Shown here one piece after another: positions 24,001 to 35,700 of a stretch of 64,000 nt of DNA (its first letter is position 1; the number at the start of each line of letters is the position of its first letter). The translations under genes and the position numbers were made by a program. Origin of the DNA: Tubulanus polymorphus. Lineage: Eukaryota; Animalia; Nemertea. The stretch covers positions 11,068,451 through 11,132,450 of the forward strand of contig NC_134035.1 in NCBI RefSeq assembly GCF_964204645.1. The letters run 5' to 3'. The notes beneath the pieces were generated by a model. That model had not been told where the DNA came from. It worked only from the letters and a program-made list of their open reading frames with translations, and did not search any database.

Positions 24001-27000
24001 GACTAGTGACCGTTTGCATAGACTAGCGACCGTCTATGATTCAATTGAAGAAAATGCCCGCAATTATGAAGAAAGACTAAGAAAGCAGGGATATTTCGAC
24101 TCAATTCTGTGAGCCATTTTCATCTTCATAAACAGTCTTTAAAATGGCTCTAAGAATCAAGTTAAAACCACTTTCAGATTGTTTTCCTTCATAATCATCG
24201 GTTTTGTCTACAATTAACTGGTCAATCAATACGAATGACCATTGAAGTTTAGGGTCTACCTTTTAGGTATAGCTGATTCTGCAAGATATTCATGCTGATG
24301 ATATCTCGAGCATGCTTGTGGGTGTGCGCATGTGTCAGTTCATTCGAATCTGGGGTGTATTTGTTAGTTATAACGATTTCGATTAAATTTCAACTCGAAC
24401 AAGCAAATAACTTATAAAAATTTGTTAATATCAAATGAATTAGAAAATATCAATTTCAGAATTAGAGCTGAATGGTTAAATTATGATATCATTTCACAAA
24501 TTATCAATAATTCAGTTATTCGGCGTTAAAAAATCTGCAAGGCTTTTTTCTTTTTTTTTCTGGATCAATTTTCCAGAAAATGTACCGAATTTCAATAACG
24601 GCCGATGAAAAAAAATTGTGAGCTTCTGAACATAATTTTCAGATCCAATCAGAGCTATATAGTCCACAACAGGCAATCAGAAATAAGAAATTAAGATAAC
24701 TTCAAGCACCAAATCGCTCAATATTTAACTCAAAAGACAAGTGGTTAAGATTCAGATTCATTCTGCTAATTTCTCTATAAGTTCTATTCCACATTCTATA
24801 AAATTCGAAAATTTTCGATAGAAATAATTTCTCTAAGATTTGAAGTAATGTCTCGATGCAATTGGAGACAGAATTTCGCAATGTCGCGGAAAAAGTCGGA
24901 CAATTTCAGGAATATTTGTCGTAATTTTGTTTTGTACCTGGTCGCCAGGGCGGCGGCAGTTGTCGCGTTCATCGGGATAAACGGATTATAGGTGGCGGCG
25001 GCGGCAGCGGCGAGACTCGGGTCGCTGTACAGGTAATACGGGTATCCAGCGGCCAATCCAGCAGCGGCCTGAGTAAAATACACATACAACATACGAATTA
25101 ATCAATAATCTATACATGGTCTACTAATATAGTCAAACCCACATCTTCACCCGTCAAGGGATTCGAACCCACTACGCTAAAGCTGTTCCCCGAACCCCTT
25201 GACCTCACGAGTCGTTGGAGTCGTTACTAGCCGACCAGAATTACGAGTCGTACCAATCACAGCGCTTGTAACAAACCGTCAGTAGACTTCTGTTGGTTTT
25301 CCCGTTAAATTGACCAATCAGCGAACGTTTTATCGAACAAGGAAGTGTTTCGCAAATCGATATATGACGTCACGCGCAACAGCGCCAGTAATGAAATCAC
25401 GCTTCGTGAGGCCAGGGGGCTGGTGGAAGCGAGTTCGGGAGTGATACCGGACCCCTGGCAAGCGAGGATGTCAAACCCACTGAGGGTGGCTACTTTCCGC
25501 CCATTTACGAAGGTAATAATTGCGACTCTTACCTGAGTTGTCAGTAGACCTCCTCGACCTAAATTTCTGCTGTGACGCACGTATTCAGCCTTGTCGACGG
25601 GTTTCGCTAGCGACACCTCAACGGTCGAACCCTCAACACTCGTACCTGGTTTCAAAAACAAAAAATTGTTAAACCATAAATGAAGAAATGTTGAAGAATT
25701 ATTCCTACGATTCAACCCCTACGTGTTGTTCATCTAGCATTCCAGACTACCTGATCTTTTGTTTGAAACTAGTAGCTTTGGCCTTAAGTAATTAGACATC
25801 AAAAATCGTAGTTTTATTAATAAAACTAGAAATTATTCAGATTTTGTGGGGATTTCGATATCCTCATTGAGCAGTTGAGCTGTTCATTCTCAAATACTCT
25901 CAAATAGTAGTGGTAGTTAGGTCCGGACAGGTTTCGACTGATACCTTTTCCGGAATAGCAAAATCTGTAAACCGGATAGAAGTGGCCGGGCTCTAGTTTG
26001 TTATTCGCAATTTATATTCTTCAATCGGAATAAGTTCAATCAAAACCCTCCTTTAAGAACTGTTCATCAGCCGACAGAAACAGCGATGAACCCCGCTGCT
26101 GAACGCTGCTAAAACAATCTCAAAGAATCATTTGAAATTCGGTAACCAACACAAATAAAATTCAATGAAAAAAAAAAAACAAATCAAAATTGAAATATTC
26201 CAAATGAGTTTAAAAGGAACTACAAAAAAAATACAAACAGTTTAACTCAGAAACGAGATTCAACGATGGATAGGAAATACTCGAATCCATCGTTGCGCCG
26301 CAATTTTTCGCTTTTATATTCGGTTTCAGAAATTTCAAATTTATACATTTGGCAAGAAGCATGACTTCAGTGATAAAAATATTGTTGCGAAAGTATTGCA
26401 GAATTCTGGTCAAAAACGAAGAGAAAGAAAAATACGGAAAAGAATTCAACGGCAAAAAAAAATTCAACTGCAACTTGAGAACCGTCGGCACTTGCATGAG
26501 TCATCTTCGAAATCTTTCAGCGGGTCGAACCTATCAACCGGTTTGGCTAGTGTAACCTCTACAACACTGTCTTCGACATAGTTTCCTACATTAAATCAAT
26601 TATCGAGGGAGGAAAATAGAAAAGTTATTTTTAATTCTCATCAGGAAGATATCCGTTTCAAAAGATTTCGGTCAAGATTATGAGAAAATTTTGAGGTTCA
26701 TGAAAACAATTTTGGGGTTGGTTTCACATTCGCCTAAAATTAAATCGACTTTGAATTAGCATTAATTACGAATTAGGCCTACTAAGCAGTGCAGCTACCC
26801 GTCAATTTCCTTTGGCAGCAGTTTTTCAGCACAAATGAGAGTAATTTATCAAAAAAATTCTTTTTTACTTCAAAAATTATTGGTATTTGAGCCCATGGCT
26901 ATACAGCACCCAGTTCCACAGTTCTGAGTTAATTTTGACTCTAGAAAATTCAACTAACCTTGTCTCAGAGTTAACTATTTAACTCACATCTATGGAACCG

Positions 27001-28808
27001 GGCCCTGGTAGTCAAAGTTAGGTCTGAATTATTACTGCCACATGTTAGGCACTAACACCTAATTTTCCCAGTGACCCCCTCTCACGGTTAAAAAAGAAGA
27101 ATCATGATTCAATCAGAAATATCACATCTAAAACATCTCCCAAAACGTGGTTACAGTAATTTAGTCATTATCTTACCATTCAATTCTTCCATTACTCTCA
27201 TGGCGTCATTACGTTCGCGGAAATGAATGAACGCGTAATCCCTGATTTTTTTCACACGTTCGACGGCGCCCTCTTTACGCAGGGCCTGATTACACGCTTG
27301 TTCTATCGTGTCCTCTGTTGTGCTGATCATTAGGTTTCTCATATATAATATTTTAACCTGCGGAAAAGGTTTTTCGAATTAGGAACAAATTTCTCCATTT
27401 TTCTCAAAAATTTCAAATCATCACTTTTAAGTTTGCATTTCTTTCAACAGTTTTGTGTCAGAACTAAAATTTCAACAAGACCCAGTTCAACAAATGGATT
27501 TTCTCAAATTGACCTTGTTATATGTTGTCCAATTAAACCAAAAATTTAATCTAACTCAAATTTTTGGTTAAATTGCCATTGATAAATTGATAATTTAATG
27601 TTTTCAATGAGGACGACAATTCAAACTTTTAAACTTTAGCATTAAAACAGAACCAAGGTTATAGGGGCCCAATTTAATAAAAGATTTTAAACTAATTTTG
27701 GATTTAGTTGGCAGTCGATTTTACCTCATGTTCTCCTTAAGTAAAACATTTTTAGCCAGAACCTTTCTTTTCAAAAACCAGATGCACGTGTTAATTTCTT
27801 AATAGGCCTAGTGTGTATAATAATCTTAATCAAAAATAATTATTTTCAAAATTTTCTATTCCAAATTTCCAAGATTTTCGAATTTCAAAACATGTTCTCA
27901 ATTTCCACCCATTTATTTAGGCTAATTTAATTCTTGGGCACTTCATATGAATCATATAAAAAGCTTCCTTCATTATCAAGTTTTTCGAATCACACATGAC
28001 TACATTTAGCCTACAATCAGGAGAGGCTGCGAATTTTTGCATAATTATTTGCTAGGGCCTACACAGTTTTGATAAGATACACCATTCTAAAGAAGATTTA
28101 TTACATTTTTAATCGACGATCTAAAAACAACCTTACCTTCGACATGACTTCCTCGTCGACTTCTCGCTCCGGTTCGGCCCAATCGACGGCGATTTGATGC
28201 GCCCACAACTGTATTTTGCCGGGGATCAGTTTGCGTCGGGCCATGGCCGCGGCCCGGTGACTTTCATACTCGACGAACGCGAAGCCGCGGTTTTTCGTTT
28301 TGTCCATGGCGCTCGGGTAGACGATCACGTCGACGACTCCTTCGGTGACTTTTTTCATCTCGGCCAGGATTTCGTCGCGTTGCTTATTTTTTGGTATTCC
28401 CCCGACGAACAGGCGGCAGTTGTCGACGCTCAGACACACGCCCAAATAGCGGCCTTTTCGGATTTCGTAGTTGTTCAACTCGCGCACGGCTCTCAGAGCG
28501 TCCGAGCGACTGGTGTACATGACGAACGCGTAGCCGCGATTCGAACCGCTGAAATCCATCATCAGCCGCAATTCGTAAATCTGCCCGATCTTCTCGAACA
28601 CGGGCACGAGCTCGTCTTCGAAACAATCGCGCGGAATTTTTCCGATGAAAATCTCGCATCCCTTCGCCGGGACCGGCTGGCCTTCTCCCCAGTGCGGCGG
28701 CGGTCCGCCGTATTTTCTTTGCCCGTTTTCCTGGATCATGCTGTAGCCGGTCCTCTCCATCAGCACGAGTAGAGCCGCTTCGTTCGGTTTAGCGCCGGGG
28801 TTATCCAT
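15773..28808 (-). CDS. RBM46/RBM47: RBM46/RBM47/A1CF-family RNA-binding protein (3 RRMs, RG-rich segment, dsRBD-like domain, Ala/Tyr-rich C-terminus)
   Basis: Exons 28808-28137, 27357-27177, 25645-25533, 25068-24938, 23329 (or 23233)-23119, 22383-22297, 21367-21269, 20673-20553, 17656-17486, 15945-15773, all GT-AG and in phase. Hallmark sequences: [67 protein letters not shown], and dsRBD-like [18 protein letters not shown]...[15 protein letters not shown]. Confidence 0.93.
17091..17149 (+). ncRNA. Minimal hammerhead-ribozyme-like motif (Penelope-type)
   Basis: CTGACGA (17103-17109), imperfect stem II, GAAA (17125-17128), CGTTGT, then GTC. Flanks TGAGATCAGAA and TTTTGATTTTCA can form stem I. 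AATAAA follows. Confidence 0.5.
17735..18016. mobile_element. MITE inserted in a (TA)n microsatellite
   Basis: TIR TCAGGACGGCCGCT ... AGTGGCCGTCCTGA with (TA)n tracts on both sides. Confidence 0.7.
19260..19486. repeat. 32-bp minisatellite, ~7 copies
   Basis: Unit GACCCAYAGGTGTACAACGTTCAGTTATATAC, head-to-tail with no spacers. Confidence 0.95.
23605..23783. mobile_element. Foldback element with a hammerhead-like core in its arms
   Basis: ~85-bp inverted arms. The right arm reads CTGAAGA-taactattacaatgaagtc-GAAA-CGTC-aaataaa. Confidence 0.65.
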
Positions 28809-28902
28809 AATTATTAATCGGTGATGGTTAAATAGACTTGCATAGACGACAATCACACGCTACACTGATTTCATTCAACTGGCTACTCGCGCGACGGGAC
28901 GC

Positions 28903-28950
28903 TTATATTCAACAAGACGTGCACTTGCCGCGCAGGTGCACGCGCACCTG
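28903..28950 (-). promoter_or_regulatory. Putative core promoter of the RBM46/47-like gene (TATA-like element plus inverted E-box pair)
   Basis: TATAA on the minus strand ~100 bp upstream of the ATG. CAGGTG (28933-28938) and CACCTG (28945-28950) form an inverted repeat. Confidence 0.4.
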
Positions 28951-31900
28951 TATATGTAAATAACGGCTTGTAATTGGTTGAAAGTTTTTACGTCAATCAC
29001 GCGAAGGCTCGCGACTGCGATCGTGGGAACATTCGGCGCCAAGACGTCTCACCGGCAACCGGAGGGATTTCCTGTTACTAAAAATACAAAGCGTGAGTTT
29101 TTTGCGGTGGCAATCCTCCGTCCAGAAATAACTCATGATCCAATAAACAGGGGCCTGACCGGGAACATGGGCGTATCCATGGTTTTTCAGGGTTAGAATT
29201 TCAGTTTAAAAGGGCCCGAATCCACTATTTTAAACAATTAAAATAACTACTAAAAGTGTCCCTGTGTGCATTACCAGGGGCAGATTTTGACAGGAGCACA
29301 AAAAAAAACTCCAGAAAAGGGCAACTGAAAAGGGCAAGTTAAGCGTCCACACAGCTAAAACAAGGGTCTGAAAAATCTTGAAATTTCAGCGCCCCATTTT
29401 CAATTCATACATACGTACGTATCAATCTAACCTTCCGTGTTCTCCTCTGAACAGGGAACCCATAACAACGACTGGTAGACTAATATATATTAGGCACTGG
29501 ATGACATTTAGAATAAGCCTAAATTTTGCGCTCTGTTTCAAAATTACGGGTGGCCGAAGCCCTAAAAATTTTGACGGTGTTTCAAAAGGGCACGCGCGGA
29601 CCAGCTCAGCACGTGGTCCTTGCGCCACGCGCTCAAGATTCAGTATTTTCGCTCCTTGTTGTCATAAGAAAAATTGCACCCGTAATTTATGAATTTCTTC
29701 GTCACTGCTTTCAGAAAGTGCACTTTTTGATCAAAGCATTTGCTTGCCCTTTTTGACTAGAAGGGCGCGGCTTTTTTACAACTCTGCCCTTAGGGTGATC
29801 TTCGGTCAAGCGTTGTTAGGCTACTGACATAATTTTCCCAATTTATTCGACGAAATTATCTTTATAGTTACGTAACTTCAATGCGACGGTTTCGCACGGT
29901 AACGATGGCTGTTAAAAATGAAATTGCATTGTCTAGGATAGATTTTAATCTTGGAATGACTATATGATGTCCTGATGGATGCAGACACTATTAGAGGATC
30001 GAGTCCTGATTCTGGATGCCATGGCAACTCTATCAATGATTGGTTTATCCATGGAGGTAGTTTGAATACGCCATTACCATTACGCAACGATTCAGCCGTA
30101 ACGGGTTGAATTTCAAAGGCGGATCAAAGGATGACGGGGCGCGCACCACCCCTAGAAAAAGTCCTGCATTTTACGGGAAAATTACTTAAGGTTCTAGCAT
30201 TCATAAGCTTGTATTTCTCTGTATATCAAAAAATGAGTTTATGTTTTCCGATGAGCTTTAGAGCTGCCCTTGCTCTTTTCTGAGGGGCCCCTCCCTGATT
30301 CAATCACCCGCCCGCCTTGCCGATTTCGTCGGAAGTTTTCGCCTAGGATTCCCGGAGAGGAAAAAGTTGCCTTCATTCGAAAAACCCTTAATGAACATAC
30401 GAATTTTCAACAATCGTTTGATCACATGCTATGTTCACCCTCTCATGAGTGAATGTTTATCAGTACAGGTAGTCAGTAACCTGTCTGTGGTTTAGTTTCA
30501 CGATCGGATATTTTCACAAACCACATTGTTGGTATAAGCCCATCCGATTATAAAAAGCTTACCACCAACGATTAGGTAACTAACTACAGTACAGGGTGAA
30601 AATGGAGTATAGATTCAAATATCCCAGCTGAAAATAGAAGGTGACCGAAAAGTGTGTGTCATTAAAGTCAGCGTCTATATGCATATAGATATGCATACAT
30701 TTTATTGATAATCGTCTTATCTCATTTATAACTATAAAAACAATCTAGTTATCGCGCCAGATTTGTCGACCATCTTGCGATCTCGACCTTTATCAGCCGC
30801 GTTATCTCGGGAATTATTTGTGCCGAGCGAAACTTGTTTAGACAGAAATTAAACGCGTGAATTGTTGACCCTTGTGAATTAACGACGGTGTATCTTTTTA
30901 ACACCCCACCTGCAAACGGTAAATTACGGTATTCGAAATGCGCATAATGAAAAACGCCGAATCAGAATTGCAATACACAACTCCCTTCAGTTACAGCGCT
31001 ATTGACCGACTCGCCTCTAATATCATCCTCAACCGTAATCATCGTACGTCTGAAGACGTCTTAAATCATGATTCTAGTTGTCTTAAGACGTACAAGAATA
31101 TCCTTCCTTCGCCTTTATACCCCTCTGTCTCACAACAATTTCCTCATCTCCGCCCGCTCGAATCGTTTACCTTGCATAATGGGTTTACGTAAAATACAGC
31201 TCCTTATTTCATTATGATTTAAAAGAAATGAAGATAAAGACAATTTGTAGCATATTATTAGAATAATATATATATATGTATATTTATTTCTCCGATTTTA
31301 AAGATGGCGAAAGTTTTGAACATTTTCAACACTGACAACGGAAACATGAAAACAATTTAAAAAAAAAAAAATCTTATTTATCACAATAAATTAGCACCAT
31401 GATGCGCGTATATCAGCTTCAACAGGACAGAATTTGAGAAAATCCATGATTTCAAAGGTGAATTCTAATCTTTGTTCTAATATCCTCTCTCATTTATTGA
31501 GAGCGTTGTCTTTATATTTTACTGTGAAGTAACAATATATTTATCGTATATACACTTTGTGTAACTGATCATACATGCCCTAACACCAAAACTGTAATAC
31601 CGTACATGATTGGTCACTGGTAATCGCAGTTGTTGATTACCTCCGGTATTTACAAAGTATAAAGTTCATAAATCAACGATGAATGTCATGATTTCAAGCT
31701 CAAGAAGTTATGTACACGAACATTTAACGTTCCAACAATTCAAGGCCCGTTCTATTAGACTGGTGTTAATTTCGACCATTAGGGACGAACTCAATTCATT
31801 GGCAATTTAGTTTTAAACTGGTCTATAAAACTTGCCCTACATTTTGATGCAGAACTAAAGTTCCGATACAATTTATCATTCATGATTAAGCTAACCATAA

Positions 31901-32329
31901 CAGACCTGGCAGTTATAGAAATGAACGGATTACAAATTTCATTACAGTTTACAAAATGACCCGGCCGATTTGGAGAAACTAGGTATCATTTCTTTAGCCT
32001 TATACATGTAGTATGCTCTTTTACGTATCACATAGTAGAAAATACTAGAATTCTATAACTGTTACGACCGTTAACATAATTCTATATAATTCATATGAAA
32101 AATTATTCCCAAATGGCGTTTTCCCAATTTTGATTGACGATAACGAAAGTGTAAAATCATCATTCCCAAAAAAGAATAAATGACAACCGCTGAAATATCT
32201 GTTATATATGTATCGAATGATAAATGGGACAAATATGGCAAATAAACATGACTCGATTCAACAGTTTTTTGATAAGTTTTTACTGAAATGAGTAGATACT
32301 AGTTCGTTTCCAGTGTTTTGATTCTGGAC

Positions 32330-32435
32330 CCAGTTCCACAGTTGTGAGTTAAGATTTGACTCAGAGTTAACTCGTTGAAAATGAGCGAATTATTATAACT
32401 CGAGAGATAACTCAAACTCACAACTGTGGAACTGG
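32330..32435. mobile_element. Palindromic MITE family A (CCAGTTCCACAGTT...AACTGTGGAACTGG)
   Basis: ~105-bp hairpin element. Further copies at 26910-27001, 46882-46981 and 51918-52031. Confidence 0.8.
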
Positions 32436-32455
32436 ATCCTGGAGCCCCGAATAAC

Positions 32456-32706
32456 CAGGGTCCGATCTAAGGAATGAAAGCCACTTGCCCGGGGGCAAGC
32501 ACATCTGAAATTTCACTTGCCCGCTCCAAAAGCTACTTGCCCCTACACAGGCAATCTGATTGGTGGCACTATCGTATCAAATGGGAGAAAAGCTTTGTGA
32601 CATAAAATTGCACTAGGCCGGTGGACAAGTGATAATGATAATCCACTTGCCCTTATGGGAATATACTTGACCCGGGCAATCGGACAAGTGCTTAGATCGG
32701 ACTCTG
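32456..32706. mobile_element. MITE with CAGGG-type TIR and internal CACTTGCCC subterminal repeats
   Basis: CAGGGTCCGATCTAAG ... CTTAGATCGGACTCTG, located 40 bp past the DNMBP stop codon. Confidence 0.7.
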
Positions 32707-32745
32707 CATAACTGGTTACGGTTTTGGTTTGTTGCGACAAGATCA

Positions 32746-35700
32746 TCACGAATGATAAGGGGTCAGATAATTTCCCGGTACGTATCCATATTTTCCGGTG
32801 TGATCCGACACTTTCCACCATTCCGTATTGCCTTCCAAATCGTGTTTCATGATAACGTTCACTAACTGTCCTTCTTGAAAGCTCAATTCCTGCGCGCTGT
32901 GTCCGGTAAATGAATACATCGCTCGATACACCTGAAAAAATAGGATGCACTCGTGTGATGAATCAGTGGAACCTCGTTACAACGAACTTCAAGGGACCAA
33001 GATATCTGGAGTATAGTCAGCTCAAAAGTTGGTTAGAGATAACTGATGGACAAATACTACAGTAACAATGCAATTTTAATTGTCATTATGTCAACTATCC
33101 ACTGGTTAACTTAAACCGACTTTGGAGAAACTGGGACCTGTTCGTTATAAACGATACCGGTAGTTTCTTTTCCAATATGAAATTGATAAAATAGTCATAT
33201 GCGGGATGAAACTCTTAGTTTTTTATATTCGACAAATTCCACCAACTGGTGAAAGTCTCGCTATTCTTCGAGAAAATCAAAACTAAGTTGCCTGGTGTGT
33301 GTACATACAGTTATAACAATGCACGATGAATAATGATAAAACATATATAAAGAGCTGTAATTCCAATGCTGAGACAAAATTCAAAAGCGCTCTTCTGAAG
33401 TGTCGAAGTAGGCACGGAAAAGTGCTGTTTTGAGGTGAGTAGTTAATAGTGCTATACAATACTTATAGACAAGGCGAGCTTGCCCTACACACATCAAATG
33501 TCAACTTTATGACGAAATACGCAGAGAAAAGGTTAATGATGGTAAACTGTAGAAGATCTTTCACAATACTGACCTCTAACTGTGGCTGTTGCTGTTGTTG
33601 TGATGACTGGCTAGTGATTGTCGATGGATATGTAAAAGCCGGGTTACTGTGACCAGCTACTGACTGATAGGAATGCGGACTAGGATTAGATACCGCTGTT
33701 GCAGCGGCGACGGTTGCAGCCATCGTTTCCTCGTAACTGGGCGGAGTCTCGAGGAGGTCGAGTAAATCGCCGCCGGGGTCTGATTGACAGCTGTTTCGAT
33801 GTACTTTCGGAGACGGGTTCAACGGAAGTAAAATGCCTTTCGGGGCGAATCCTTTCATCGCTGAAAAAAATTACAGAAATCAGTAATTAAAACGAAATTG
33901 AATTTCTGAATATGACCTCCCACCGACAAAATACAAGAACTCAGCCAGATACATTGTATTGTAGAGGGAGAGGGAGGGGGAGAGAAGAGGGAGTGGGAGA
34001 GAGAGTGGGAGAGGGAGAGACGAGGGAAAGAGAAGAGGGAATGGGAGAGGGAGAGAGGGAGGAGAGGGAGGGAGTGGGAGTGGGAGATGGAGAAGGACAA
34101 TTACCTCCATTATCAACGAACCAACGTTCTTTACTGCCCATTGGATCCTGATCCTTCACGAGACCGACGACATCACCCGCGTGTAAACCGATATCCAATA
34201 TCTGACTGGGAGCGTGTTCGAATACGGCTGTGTACAGTTTATCAGCTGGATATTTCTGACGGACGTAGACTTTCTGGCTGTCGCTTTGTTGCGGCGTTTC
34301 GCTCGTATCCGGCTGTAAAAAGAACTATAATCCGATACAAGGTTAAACTATCGCAAAACTATCAACTACGACAAGCAATGTAGATACATATATATGTTAG
34401 TAATGCTCAATGGTAAACTCTTTCCTAAATTTCCACCACCCCTTGGCATGGGCTGCAAATCATGCAATGGCTTCCCCTGTGCAGAAAGACTCACTAGGAC
34501 GACATGCTGGGATTCATGCATCGTGAATATGGGAGATTCACAGGGGTGCATACAGCATGCTACCATGCCTTCTTAAAGGTAGTCAGGGCTTTCAAAGTGC
34601 CTTTTAGCTATTGGAAACCTCTCTGATTGCATTTAAGACCTTCAATTTACCAACCCCCCCCACTATAGGCTTCACGCTATTGGCGCTCACTTGGCTTGGA
34701 TCCTCATCTGACATCAATGTGTCTACTGACTCCCCTTGCCAGTTTTAGAAGGCAGTCACAATATGCGCCTGACTCGCGCAAAGTTCGATGATACACTAGA
34801 TTTTTGCCACATCTGAACCAACATTATAACACCACTAACTCTCTTGAGTACTTGTGATCACTTATAACTTACATAATTTACCAAATCAGTACTTAAAACT
34901 GAAAGCGTATTTCAGCCATAATTTAGATCAATTTAATGTTTGGCTTTATCTGCGGTTGTGGATTCATAGGAGAATACTAGGCGTCACCCCATGTCGCATT
35001 ATGACCTGACTCCCCCTTTAGTGAAAACTTTTCAGTCGGTCCCGCCGGCATTCACTATAGAGAGGTTTTACTGTATGATTATTATTTACTGGTAGGAGTG
35101 TACTGCTTGTAACTAGGTGCTGCTGTTATAAGGCGTAAATATAAATACCGTGCTTTTAGCAGACGCCGTATAGTCGACGGAGGTGATCGATTTTCTCGAC
35201 GTTTTCTTGTCTTTTAACTCCATTTTCGGGTTGAAATTTTTCGGAATGAATGTCAGGTCGGATAGTCGGTCGATCGATTCGGTGAATTTGATGTTGAAGT
35301 TTTCCGACACGTTCGCGTCCCCGAGTTTAATCAACAAAGGAAGCTGAAACAGAACGAACCCTGAGAGAATATCTTCAATTAATCGGTTACAGGGGCCAGA
35401 TCGATGAACTCTTGATAAAACAGTATATCCGTTGTGAATAGTTGAGACTATTTCCAGTCCTGATGAGAGAAACCCACAATATCAATTAAAGGACACTTTT
35501 CAGACTTCATCTTGCTCATTTTAGGCCACCACCTGCCTCGACACGCGACGTTCAAGTTCATACAACTGCCACCGGGGGACCATATCTTCGGTATCCTCAA
35601 AGCCATTTTGATTAGACTTGGTACATCAGTACTTTTTACATGGGAGCCCTTTTCGATCCACATAATCCAGCATATTGTTGACCCAGGTTGCGCTTCTTGG

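Noticed and set aside
28194-28772. 192-aa + strand ORF
   Set aside because: Antisense shadow of the RRM exon caused by codon bias; it has no recognisable protein features.
33855-34198. Ser/Pro/Leu- and Gly/Glu-rich ORFs
   Set aside because: Translations of the intronic GA tract; only 34105-34312 is coding.
34400-35700. Intronic ORFs as LINE RT/endonuclease remnants (GDSQGC, FDD, WSPGG); similar hints at ~40360-40920
   Set aside because: The motif resemblance is too short and degenerate to support without a search.
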